A stretch of DNA of 53,123 nt from Spirochaetaceae bacterium (GTDB lineage: Bacteria; Spirochaetota; Spirochaetia; DSM-27196; PWMO01), in assembly GCA_046541715.1 (NCBI GenBank), contig JBKHCS010000006.1:1-53123 (forward strand), written 5' to 3'. The position numbers and the translations under genes were made by a program. The stretch's first letter is position 1. Each line of letters starts with the position of its first letter. Below are positions 37,903-47,021 of the stretch, in pieces. The notes beneath the pieces were generated by a model that did not search any database, was not told the origin of the DNA, and was given only the letters and a program-made list of their open reading frames with translations.

Positions 37903-39243
37903 ATGGCAGAAAGAGTCCTGATGACAGCCCTCTCTCCGACGATGGAGGAGGGGCAGATTGTGAGCTGGAACAAACGAGAAGGCGACAGTGTGAGCTCCGG
38001 AGACGTCCTCTGCGAGGTCGAGACCGATAAGGCGACGATGGATTACGAGGCGACCCAAGAAGGCACCATTCTCAAGATCGTTATCGACCAGGGTAATTCC
38101 GCCAAGGTCGGCGATACCATCGCGATAATCGGCGAGTCCGGAGAGGACATTTCGGGGCTCGAAAAGGAGATCGAGAAGAGCGCTGCCGCCGGTTCCAAGG
38201 AGGAGGCCCCACCGGTGGCAGCCGAGGCACCGTCGGTCGAGGCTCAGGCCCCGGCGGCCTCCCAGGGTGCCGCGGGTCCCCCGGCTCCCCGGGCAACCGA
38301 ACCCGCAGCACCCCCGGCGGCACCCCAAGGCGCTTCGGGGCGGACCGGCGCCCTCAAGGCGTCTCCGCTGGCCCGGAAGATGGCGGCGGACCGGGGCATC
38401 GATCTCTCCACGGTTTCCGGTTCAGGCCCGGACGGCCGAGTGGTCAAGCGCGACGTCGAGGACTATAAGGGGCCTGCAGCCGGCGCGACCGCGGCAGCCG
38501 GAGGGGCCGGCGCCCAGGCCGGCGCCCAGGCCTTCGGCGCCCCTGAAGCCGGTGCCGCACCGGCGGACCGGACGATTCCCGTCGGCGGTCGAAGGGCAGT
38601 TATCGCCCGGCGCCTCGCCGAGTCGAAGTTTTCCGCGCCCCACTTCTACCTCTCGGTCTCCGTCGACATGACGAACATCATCGAGGCTCGGCAGGTGCTC
38701 AATAAGGCGCTGCCCCAGAAGGCCTCCTTCAATTCGTTCCTCATCAAGTTTGCCGCCGAGGCCATTCGGCGCCACCCCAACGTAAACGCCTCCTGGCAGG
38801 GGGATAAGATCGTCGAGTACGGCAGCGTCGATATCGGACTTGCGGTGGACGCCGGAAACGGACTCATAACCCCGATCGTCCGGAATTGCGCCAACAGGGG
38901 AGTCGTCGCCATCGACGCCGACCTAACGACTCTTATCGACAAGGCGCAGAACAATGCCCTCAAGCCGGAGGAATACACCGGGGCGACCTTTACCATCAGT
39001 AACCTGGGTTCCTTCGGGATCGAGGAGTTTACCGCCATCATCAACCCTCCAGGGTCGGCGATCCTGGCTGTCGGACAAACCATCAGGAAGCCGGTGGTCG
39101 ACGCAAACGACCAGGTGGTCGTGAAGCCGATGATGAAGATGACCCTCTCTTGCGACCATCGGGTTATCGACGGCGCCGCAGGGGCCCGGTTCCTGAACGA
39201 TCTTGCAATGATGCTGGAGCAGCCCGCGCGGCTTGTCTTTTAG
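37903..39243 (+). CDS. pdhC: Dihydrolipoamide acetyltransferase E2
   Basis: Lipoyl ETDKA, ASPLARK E3-binding domain, DHRVIDGA. Confidence 0.96.
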   Translation: MAERVLMTALSPTMEEGQIVSWNKREGDSVSSGDVLCEVETDKATMDYEATQEGTILKIVIDQGNSAKVGDTIAIIGESGEDISGLEKEIEKSAAAGSKEEAPPVAAEAPSVEAQAPAASQGAAGPPAPRATEPAAPPAAPQGASGRTGALKASPLARKMAADRGIDLSTVSGSGPDGRVVKRDVEDYKGPAAGATAAAGGAGAQAGAQAFGAPEAGAAPADRTIPVGGRRAVIARRLAESKFSAPHFYLSVSVDMTNIIEARQVLNKALPQKASFNSFLIKFAAEAIRRHPNVNASWQGDKIVEYGSVDIGLAVDAGNGLITPIVRNCANRGVVAIDADLTTLIDKAQNNALKPEEYTGATFTISNLGSFGIEEFTAIINPPGSAILAVGQTIRKPVVDANDQVVVKPMMKMTLSCDHRVIDGAAGARFLNDLAMMLEQPARLVF

Positions 39244-39261
39244 AGAAAGGAGCAGAGAAAC

Positions 39262-40656
39262 ATGGCAGATACATACGACTACGACCTGGTGGTAATCGGA
39301 TCCGGCCCCGGAGGATACGTCGCGGCCATTCGGGCTACTCAGCTCGGGATGACCGCCGCGGTAATCGAAAAGGACAAGCCCGGGGGGGTCTGTCTGAACA
39401 TCGGATGTATCCCTTCGAAGGCCCTGATCCACCAGGCGGAGGTGTTTCGCCTGTCCGAGGAGCTCTCCTCGATGGGTGCGACCATCGATTACACCGGCTT
39501 TAACTATAAGAACGTCTACAAGAAATCCCGAGCAGCCGCGGACAAGCTTTCGAAGGGGGTTCAGTTTCTCCTAAAGAAGAACAAGGTCGAGTACATAGAG
39601 GGCACCGCGAAGCTTTCCGGGCCCCACGAGGTGACCGTCGACGGGTCGAAGAAGGTAACCGGAAAGAACATCCTGGTGGCCACCGGCTCGCGGCCTCGAT
39701 CCGTACCCGGGTTCGACTTCGACGAGGAGAAGGTTCTCTCTTCGACCGGCGCCCTGATGCTCCAAGATATCCCCGGCCGGATGGTCATTCTCGGTGCAGG
39801 TTACATCGGAATGGAGTTCGCCCACGTGATGAGCTCCTTCGGCGTCGAGGTTACCGTGGTCGAGATGCTCGATCGAATTCTGCCGAACTCCGACGCGGAG
39901 GTCGTCGACGTTCTTTATAAGGAATTCAACCGCCGGGGAATAAAGATGCTCACGAGCACGAAGGCCAAGAAGCTTCAGAAGAACAAGGACGGCGTCGTGG
40001 TCACCGTCGAAGGCTCGGACGGCAAGACCGAGGACATTAAGGGAGATCTCCTCTTGGTGGCCGTCGGCCGGGCCCCAAACACCGAAGATCTCGGCCTAGA
40101 AGCCCTCGGTATCAAGCTCGAGAAGGGCTACGTCAGGGTAGGGGACTACTACAAGACCGACGTCTCGAGCGTCTACGCGATCGGCGACGTCATACCGACG
40201 CTGCAGCTCGCCCACGCCGCAATGGCCGAAGCCGAGCTCGCCGTGGAACACATGGCGGGGCACGATTCGGAGCCGCGGATCGAGCAGGATCTTATTCCCG
40301 CGGCCATCTTTACCGAGCCCCAGTTGGCAAGTTTCGGGCCGATGGAGCAGGAGCTCAAGGACAAGGGTGTCGCCTACGAGAAGGCTACCTTCCCGTATCG
40401 GGGGGCCGGAAAGTCGGTCGCCATCGGGCGTCCCGAGGGTATGGTCAAGCTTCTCTACGCCCCGGAGTCTCACGAGATTCTTGCCGCTCACTTAGCCGGC
40501 GCCGAGGCAACGGAGCTCGTCCACGAGCTGCTCTTGGCCAAGAAGGCCGAGCTCCTTCCGGAAGATATCGCAACCATGGTTCACGCTCATCCGACGCTGT
40601 CCGAGGCTCTGATGGAGTCCGCCCGGGCCGCAGAAGGATGGGTGATTCACGCCTAA
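39262..40656 (+). CDS. lpdA: Dihydrolipoamide dehydrogenase E3
   Basis: GSGPGG, GGVCLNIGCIPSK, HAHPTLSE. Confidence 0.96.
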   Translation: MADTYDYDLVVIGSGPGGYVAAIRATQLGMTAAVIEKDKPGGVCLNIGCIPSKALIHQAEVFRLSEELSSMGATIDYTGFNYKNVYKKSRAAADKLSKGVQFLLKKNKVEYIEGTAKLSGPHEVTVDGSKKVTGKNILVATGSRPRSVPGFDFDEEKVLSSTGALMLQDIPGRMVILGAGYIGMEFAHVMSSFGVEVTVVEMLDRILPNSDAEVVDVLYKEFNRRGIKMLTSTKAKKLQKNKDGVVVTVEGSDGKTEDIKGDLLLVAVGRAPNTEDLGLEALGIKLEKGYVRVGDYYKTDVSSVYAIGDVIPTLQLAHAAMAEAELAVEHMAGHDSEPRIEQDLIPAAIFTEPQLASFGPMEQELKDKGVAYEKATFPYRGAGKSVAIGRPEGMVKLLYAPESHEILAAHLAGAEATELVHELLLAKKAELLPEDIATMVHAHPTLSEALMESARAAEGWVIHA

Positions 40657-40674
40657 AACGATGAAGAAGACGGA

Positions 40675-41736
40675 ATGACCGGCGAACGCTTTACAACAGC
40701 GCTCCTCTTTGTCGTCGCCTTCGTGGCGATAGGAGCGGTGCTCCGGGTGACGGGGAGCATCTTTATGCCCCTCGTCATCGCGGTATTGCTCTCCTCCGTC
40801 TTCTCGCCGGTCGTCAACTACCTGAAGCACCTCGGAGTGCCCCGGGCGATCTCCATCGCTGCGGTCCTTCTGGTCTTTCTGGCCTTCGGATTTCTCGTCG
40901 GATTGGTGCTCTACTCGAGCACCCAATCCCTCGTTCGGCAATTCCCGACCTACCAACAGCGTCTGACGGCGCTCCTGCGAGAGCTTATCGAGCGCTTCGA
41001 TCTTCTGCCTTCCACCCTTCTGCAGGAGTTCAACCTGAGCCGGACCCTCGGGGGGGCCCTTATCTCCTTCTCCGGGAACTTCATGGCCTTCGTCTCGGGG
41101 TTTACCCTGGTCATCATCTTTCTGCTTTTTCTCTTGATAGAGCAGCCCTACGTCCGGGTGAAGCTTCGCTACTCCTTTAATCCCCATACCATGCGGAAGA
41201 TCATTATTAGCTTTGCCCACATAAACCGGCAGATCGGCCGCTACCTGGCGGTCAAGCTCTTCGTGAGCTCCCTAACCGGGTTGGTAGTGTTTATGTCTTT
41301 CAGCGTCATCGGGGTCGACTTTCCTATTATCTGGGGAATTTTGACCTTTATGTTCAATTTTATACCGAGCCTCGGCTCCATCTTTATCAGCCTCTTAGCT
41401 TCCCTCTTCGCCCTGCTCCAGTTTGCCCCGGATTGGGGTCCCTTTATTGCGGCGACCCTCTCGATTTCCGTTACCCAGCTGATAATCGGGAACATCATCG
41501 ACCCGAAGATGCTCGGGGATCGGTTGAACCTGAGCCCCGTCGTCATTATCCTGTCCCTTCTGGTTTGGGGATGGCTCTGGGGCATCGGCGGAATGTTCTT
41601 GGCGGTTCCCCTGACGGTGGCGATAAAGCTTGCCTTCGAAAACGTTCCGGGGATGAAACCCGTCGGCATCTTCATGGGAACCGGGACCTACATCCGGCGC
41701 AGAAAGCGCGCCGTACCGAGACGGGAGAAGAGATAG
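40675..41736 (+). CDS. AI-2E family (PerM/UPF0118) transporter
   Basis: NFIPSLG, GNIIDPKMLG..LNLSP, GMFLAVP; multiple TM helices. Confidence 0.9.
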   Translation: MTGERFTTALLFVVAFVAIGAVLRVTGSIFMPLVIAVLLSSVFSPVVNYLKHLGVPRAISIAAVLLVFLAFGFLVGLVLYSSTQSLVRQFPTYQQRLTALLRELIERFDLLPSTLLQEFNLSRTLGGALISFSGNFMAFVSGFTLVIIFLLFLLIEQPYVRVKLRYSFNPHTMRKIIISFAHINRQIGRYLAVKLFVSSLTGLVVFMSFSVIGVDFPIIWGILTFMFNFIPSLGSIFISLLASLFALLQFAPDWGPFIAATLSISVTQLIIGNIIDPKMLGDRLNLSPVVIILSLLVWGWLWGIGGMFLAVPLTVAIKLAFENVPGMKPVGIFMGTGTYIRRRKRAVPRREKR

Positions 41737-41739
41737 ACT

Positions 41740-42870
41740 ATGCCCGACAAACGAATTCTCACCGGCGATCGGCCGACAGGAAGGCTACATCTCGGACACT
41801 ACGTCGGCTCGATAGCCAACCGCGTGCGTCTGCAAGAGAGCTACGACTGCTTCTTTATTATCGCCGATCTCCACACGCTGACGACCAGGCCGGCGAAGGA
41901 ACACATCGAAGAGATATCGCTGAATGCCCGGGAGATGGTCCTCGACTACCTCGCCTGCGGCATCGATCCGAGCCGGTCGACCATCTACCTCCAATCCGCG
42001 GTCCACGAAACCTACGAGCTCAACCTGCTCTTCGAGATGATGGTTACCGTACCGCGGCTCCAGCGCCTCCCGAGCCTGAAGGACATGAAAGAGTCGGCCA
42101 ACCTCGCCGAAATGCCCTTCGGGCTTCTCGGATACCCGGTTCTCCAGACTGCGGACATCCTCTTGCCCCGGGCGCACCTGGTCCCCGTCGGAAAAGACAA
42201 CGAGGCCCACGTCGAGCTTACCCGGGAGATAGCCCGGCGGTTCAACTACCTCTACGGCGAGGTCTTCCCGATTCCCGACGTCCTTATCGGGGAAGTGCCG
42301 ACCCTGGTGGGAACCGACGGAAACGGAAAGATGTCGAAGTCCCTCGGCAACGCGATTCTTCTCGCCGACGACGCCAAGACGGTGGAGAAGCGGGTGATGG
42401 GGATGTACACCGACCCGAACCGAATCCGGGCGGACATTCCGGGGACCGTCGAGGGCAACCCGGTGTTCCAGTACCACGACGTCTTTAATCCCAACAGGGA
42501 GGAGGTCGAAGACCTCAAGACCCGGTACCGGGCGGGCAGCGTAGGGGATGTCGAGGTTAAGCAGAAGCTCGCCCGGGCGCTCAACGCCTTTCTCGACCCG
42601 ATCAGGGAGCGCCGGGCCACCTTCGAGGATCGGAAAGGCTACGTCGACGAGGTAATCTATTCCGGCACCCTCAAGACCCGGGAGGAGGGAAAGGCGACCC
42701 TCTTGGCCGCCAAGAAGGCGATGGGATTGACCGGCATTTGGAACCGGATCAGCCGAAAGGCGGAGGACTTCCGGAAGAAAGAAGACAAGGCGGCCGCAGC
42801 TTCGGCGAGTGCCGGCGCTGGGTCCCCGGGCGCCGGCGCCGGAGGGGCCGCCTCCGGCGTCGCGAAGTGA
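41740..42870 (+). CDS. trpS: Tryptophanyl-tRNA synthetase
   Basis: [27 protein letters not shown]. Confidence 0.96.
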   Translation: MPDKRILTGDRPTGRLHLGHYVGSIANRVRLQESYDCFFIIADLHTLTTRPAKEHIEEISLNAREMVLDYLACGIDPSRSTIYLQSAVHETYELNLLFEMMVTVPRLQRLPSLKDMKESANLAEMPFGLLGYPVLQTADILLPRAHLVPVGKDNEAHVELTREIARRFNYLYGEVFPIPDVLIGEVPTLVGTDGNGKMSKSLGNAILLADDAKTVEKRVMGMYTDPNRIRADIPGTVEGNPVFQYHDVFNPNREEVEDLKTRYRAGSVGDVEVKQKLARALNAFLDPIRERRATFEDRKGYVDEVIYSGTLKTREEGKATLLAAKKAMGLTGIWNRISRKAEDFRKKEDKAAAASASAGAGSPGAGAGGAASGVAK

Positions 42871-43697
42871 CGGCGAACGGGGCTTCCCCGGCCACCGACA
42901 TCGAGCGCTTTCGGGCCCTCATCTACGGCTACTACCGGGCCTACGGCCGGGAGTTTCCCTGGCGCAAGAACATTACTCCTTACCGGGTGTTGGTCTCCGA
43001 GTTCATGCTCCAACAGACCCAGGTCCGCCGGGTCGAAGACTACTTCGGCGCCTTTCTCAGGCAGTTCCCCGACTTCGAGACCTTGGCTGCGGCGCCGCTT
43101 CGGGAGGTTCTTACCCGTTGGCAGGGCCTCGGCTACAACCGCCGGGCGAAACACCTCCGGCTGGCGGCCCTGGGAGTCGTCGACCGGTTCGGCGGAGAGC
43201 TACCTAGCGAGGAGGAGGCACTCCGGAGCCTTCCGGGGATCGGCCCCTACACCGCCGCCGCGATCCGGGCGTTCGCTTTCGATCTGCCGGCGGTGGTCAT
43301 CGACACCAACATCCGCCGGATCTACATTCACTTCTTCTTTCCCGAAGGCGAATCGGTCCACGACCGGGACATCGCACCCCTCGTCGAGGAAACGATGGAT
43401 CCGGCCTCCCCCCGGGAGTGGTACTACGCCTTGATGGATTACGGCGCGGTTCTCGCGAAGTGGTTCCCGAACCCCAACCGCCGGAGCGCCCATTACGCTA
43501 AGCAGGGGCCCTTCGAAAACTCGAACCGTCAGATCCGGGGCAAGGTCCTCCGGTGGCTCACGGCGCACGGCAGCCTCGAAGTAGCCGAGGGACCCCGGCG
43601 CCTCGAGGTCGAGGCCGAGCGGCTCGGCGAGGTCGTCGAAGACCTTGCCAAGGAGGGCTTTCTGCGCCGGGAGGGCGGCCGGCTGGCCCTGCCTTAG
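42867..43697 (+). CDS. mutY: Short A/G-specific adenine glycosylase (MutY-like, no Fe-S motif)
   Basis: [40 protein letters not shown] start overlaps the trpS stop. Confidence 0.88.
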   Translation: MTANGASPATDIERFRALIYGYYRAYGREFPWRKNITPYRVLVSEFMLQQTQVRRVEDYFGAFLRQFPDFETLAAAPLREVLTRWQGLGYNRRAKHLRLAALGVVDRFGGELPSEEEALRSLPGIGPYTAAAIRAFAFDLPAVVIDTNIRRIYIHFFFPEGESVHDRDIAPLVEETMDPASPREWYYALMDYGAVLAKWFPNPNRRSAHYAKQGPFENSNRQIRGKVLRWLTAHGSLEVAEGPRRLEVEAERLGEVVEDLAKEGFLRREGGRLALP

Positions 43698-43720
43698 GTA
43701 TCAACAAGCTTGTTGATACC
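43697..43720. repeat. 24-bp palindrome family, copy 3 (perfect)
   Basis: GGTATCAACAAG-CTTGTTGATACC between convergent genes. Confidence 0.9.
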
Positions 43721-43724
43721 ACCC

Positions 43725-45632
43725 TCAGCTCTCGGCTGCCTCGAGAAGCAGACCCCGGTGCCACTCCATCAGCTTGCGGTGGGCTTCCCGGTCGTCTCCC
43801 TCCAGGTCGACCATCAGGCGCATCACGGGCTCGGTCTTAGAACCCCGAAACCAGAGAAAGCCCCGCGGTGTCGCGTGCGAGTCCTCGAGTTGCAGCTTGA
43901 GCCCCCCGGTAGCCTCCGGGCTCCGGTTGCCGCGCCCCGGGCGTGCCTCGGTTCCCTCGTAGTTGATCCAGCGAAAGCGGCTTATTCCGAGGGGGGCGAG
44001 AATCGACTCCGCCACCTCTTCCCACCTCTCCTCGGCGAAAGCCTCGTACCGATCCTTTAGTCGAGGGTGATCCACCTTAGAAAGCCGAAGGATTGCCTCC
44101 GGATCCCCGGTTTGGGTAGTAAGGAAGGGAGGAAGCTGCGCGTAGAGGCGGCTCAGGGGATCTGCCTTTGAAGCGCCCCCGGCCCCTCGGGCGGCCCCCG
44201 GGCCGGAGAGATTCGGCAGCCGCAGTAGTTTGATCAGCGCGCCGAGGGTCAAGATGGGGTCTCGAACTCCCGACGGGTGGATAATCACCCCGCCGTTGGA
44301 GCCCTCGCCCATCACCCTTACCACGAACCCTCTCCGGCGAAGCTCCGCCCCGAGGGAGACAACGTTCGCCTCGCCGACCTCGCTCCGGTAAACTGCCGCC
44401 CCAAGTGATTCGGCGACCCGGTCCAACCGAAGAGAGGTTGGGCCGTTCGCGACGATGGCAAGGTCGGCGTTCCCTCGGCCCCGGGCGGCAGCGTAGCCGA
44501 GCTCGGCGAGGGCGGCGAGGGCGAGAAGGCTCTGGGGGTGGACCGCCTCCCCCCGGCGCAATTCCGAGTTGTAGACGACAATGTTGCCCCGGTCGCCGTC
44601 GTTATCCGGAACATAACCGAGGTAGAGGGGGGCCTCCGAGTCCTCGTCTTTGCCGGAAGCGGCTCCTCCCTGGGCGGCGAGGCGCTCTACCGCGGTGATG
44701 CAGTCGGTTAGGCCCGGGCCCTCGGGAAGAATCTGATGGGCGATCTGCCCCGGGGTATCCCCCAAGGCCGTAACCTCGACCCCGAGGCGTCGAAAGAACG
44801 CGACGTCGGGTCCCACCGCCCTCGCGCTCCCGTTAAAGTCGACTACCAGGCTGATAGGTTGCCGAACCTTTTCGGCGGCCACGACGTCGGCGAGTTCCGC
44901 GGCTGCGCCGAGTTCCGGGGTATCGAAGACGGTCCGGAGGAGGAAGTCCCGGTAGGCGTTTCTCGACGCGAGAAGCTCCGCCCCGCTCTCGGAGAAGACC
45001 CCGGGGAGCTCCCCCGGCGGGGCCGCCGTCGGTGCGGTGTTCGCCGGAGTCGAAGCAGCTTCGAGGGATTCCAAACGATGCCTCAAGAGCTCCGCGAAAC
45101 GCCCGAAGGCGTCGGCGTCGAGAACACCGCCGGTCGAACCACCGATCTTGTAGCCGTTATGGCCCACCGGATTGTGGCTCGCCGTGACGTAGAGGAATCC
45201 CGCCGCCGCCGATAGCCCCCGGCTGTAAGCCATTATCTGAGGCGATGGGCAGATGTCGAGGTACCGGACGGCGATACCGGCTCCCGTGGTAGCTTCGCCG
45301 GGAGCATTCAACGACGCCAGGGCGCCGGCGACCACTCCCCGGGCGAGGGCGTCACCCGTCGGCCTGCTGTCCCGTCCGACGACGATCGTGGCCGTCGGCT
45401 CCCTTCCGGTCCGCAGGTATTCGGCCCCGGCATGCCCGACGAGAAAGGCGATTGCCACGTCTACCGGGGAAACCGTCTCGCCGGGATCTTCTTCCCCTCC
45501 CGGAGCCATGACCGCCCGGATTCCACTGGAAGAGACGATGTATTCCCCGAAACGCTCGGCGACCGTCTGGTGCGAAACGACGCCGGGGTGATCTACCGGA
45601 GGGGATTCTATCAGCCAACTTGGAATCTTCAT
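43725..45632 (-). CDS. Alpha-D-phosphohexomutase (phosphoglucomutase/phosphomannomutase-like)
   Basis: SSSGIR, GRDSRPTG, TASHNP, DNDGDR, VGEANV, GEGSNGG, RGSKTEP. Start uncertain. Confidence 0.85.
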   Translation of the reverse strand: MKIPSWLIESPPVDHPGVVSHQTVAERFGEYIVSSSGIRAVMAPGGEEDPGETVSPVDVAIAFLVGHAGAEYLRTGREPTATIVVGRDSRPTGDALARGVVAGALASLNAPGEATTGAGIAVRYLDICPSPQIMAYSRGLSAAAGFLYVTASHNPVGHNGYKIGGSTGGVLDADAFGRFAELLRHRLESLEAASTPANTAPTAAPPGELPGVFSESGAELLASRNAYRDFLLRTVFDTPELGAAAELADVVAAEKVRQPISLVVDFNGSARAVGPDVAFFRRLGVEVTALGDTPGQIAHQILPEGPGLTDCITAVERLAAQGGAASGKDEDSEAPLYLGYVPDNDGDRGNIVVYNSELRRGEAVHPQSLLALAALAELGYAAARGRGNADLAIVANGPTSLRLDRVAESLGAAVYRSEVGEANVVSLGAELRRRGFVVRVMGEGSNGGVIIHPSGVRDPILTLGALIKLLRLPNLSGPGAARGAGGASKADPLSRLYAQLPPFLTTQTGDPEAILRLSKVDHPRLKDRYEAFAEERWEEVAESILAPLGISRFRWINYEGTEARPGRGNRSPEATGGLKLQLEDSHATPRGFLWFRGSKTEPVMRLMVDLEGDDREAHRKLMEWHRGLLLEAAES

Positions 45633-45660
45633 CACGACTACCCTGTCGCCCAACCTACGC

Positions 45661-45684
45661 TCTGTCAACACGCTTGTGGATACC
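45661..45684. repeat. 24-bp palindrome family, copy 4
   Basis: tctgtcaacacgcttgtggatacc. Confidence 0.65.
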
Positions 45685-45692
45685 ACCACCTG

Positions 45693-45721
45693 TTGAAGAA
45701 TCCTGCAATTCTCTCTATAAG
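45693..45721 (+). promoter_or_regulatory. sigma70 promoter of the RR-HK-K+ channel operon
   Basis: TTGAAG-17-TATAAG, followed by GGGGAG RBS. Confidence 0.6.
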
Positions 45722-45741
45722 TTTGAAAACGGGGAGTGGCA

Positions 45742-47001
45742 ATGAAAAAGATCCTTGTAATTGATGAGTCGACTCTCGTCCGGAACTACCTCGTCAAGAA
45801 ACTCGAAGAGTACGGATTCGAGGTGGCGGTTGCGGTAAACGGGCTCGACGGGGCTTCGAAACTGCGGTCCGAGACGCCGGACCTCGTTATCATGGACTAC
45901 TTCTTGTCTCGGACCAGCTCCATAGAGCTTCTCGAGAAGAAGAAAGCCGATCCCAACGTCGCGCACATACCCGTCATTATGGCGAGCACCAAGATCGACC
46001 GGCAGAAGCTGGTTCAGGTCTCCAAGTACAACGTCAAGAAGTTCTTTACCAAGCCCATTCGAATCGACTCGCTCCTCAAGACAGTCTCGGAGCTTCTCGG
46101 CGTAGAGGTAACCCTCGACGACTCACCCTGTATTATCGAGGCTCACTTCAACGACGAGATCCTCTTTATCGAGGTCGCGGAGGGGCTCAACAAGGAGAAG
46201 ATCGAGCTGCTCCGGTACAAGATCGAGGAGCTCCTAGACCTCTATCAGGTTCGGGTGCCCAAGGTGCTCTTGATGATGGTCGGCGTCGATATTACCGCGA
46301 ACGATTCCCTCAAGCTGGCCACCCTCCTGAACACGGTTATCGAATACAGCCGTGCGAAGCCCCGGGACATCAAGATTCTTACCAATAACGACTTCGTTAC
46401 CCGCTATGTAGGGGGAAACGAGGATTACAAGGACATCGAAGTAACCAACGCCCTGGACAAGGCCATTACCTCGCTTCTCGGGGGCAAGGCCGGCGATGTG
46501 ATGGACCAGCGTCGAGGCGTCGTCCAGGACCAGTTTCTCCAGGCCTCCTCCCCCCGGAAGGAAGGGAGCGAGAGCTTCCAGATGAAGTTCGAAGGCGAGC
46601 GCCTCGAGCATCCGGATCTGGCTGAGGTTTCCGAAGGCCGGCGCATTATCGTTGTCGACGACGATATGGTAATCCGGGAGCTTATCAAGGCGGCCTTCTC
46701 CGACACCAAGTTCGAGATCGAAACCTACGAAGACGGGAGAACCTTCGTCGAGAACGCCGACGTGAAGAACGCCGATCTGGTTTTTCTCGATCTCATGATG
46801 CCGGAAATGAACGGATTCGAAGTCCTAAAGGTGATGAAGGAACGCCAGGTAAAGGTGCCGATCATCGTTCTTTCGGCCCTCTCGAAGAGGGAGTCGGTTG
46901 TCGAAGCGCTAAAGTTCGGCGTTAAGAGTTATGTAATTAAGCCTCTGAAACCGGAATGGATAAGAAAGAAGGCGACGGAAGTTCTCGCGCTGAGCTTCTA
47001 A
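45742..47001 (+). CDS. Response regulator with two receiver domains and no DNA-binding domain
   Basis: N-terminal REC (ILVIDE, VIMDY, TKP), central unknown region, C-terminal REC (VVDDD, FLDLMMP, IKP). Confidence 0.9.
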   Translation: MKKILVIDESTLVRNYLVKKLEEYGFEVAVAVNGLDGASKLRSETPDLVIMDYFLSRTSSIELLEKKKADPNVAHIPVIMASTKIDRQKLVQVSKYNVKKFFTKPIRIDSLLKTVSELLGVEVTLDDSPCIIEAHFNDEILFIEVAEGLNKEKIELLRYKIEELLDLYQVRVPKVLLMMVGVDITANDSLKLATLLNTVIEYSRAKPRDIKILTNNDFVTRYVGGNEDYKDIEVTNALDKAITSLLGGKAGDVMDQRRGVVQDQFLQASSPRKEGSESFQMKFEGERLEHPDLAEVSEGRRIIVVDDDMVIRELIKAAFSDTKFEIETYEDGRTFVENADVKNADLVFLDLMMPEMNGFEVLKVMKERQVKVPIIVLSALSKRESVVEALKFGVKSYVIKPLKPEWIRKKATEVLALSF

Positions 47002-47021
47002 AGCATCCCGTGCTCAAGACG

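Noticed and set aside
38180-38570. GC-rich low-complexity repeats in pdhC (and the trpS tail)
   Set aside because: Encode ordinary Ala/Pro/Gly flexible linkers.
43697-43720. Palindrome as parS, dif or an IHF site
   Set aside because: Does not match TGTTNCACGTGAAACA, the asymmetric XerC/D dif layout, or WATCAA-N4-TTR spacing.
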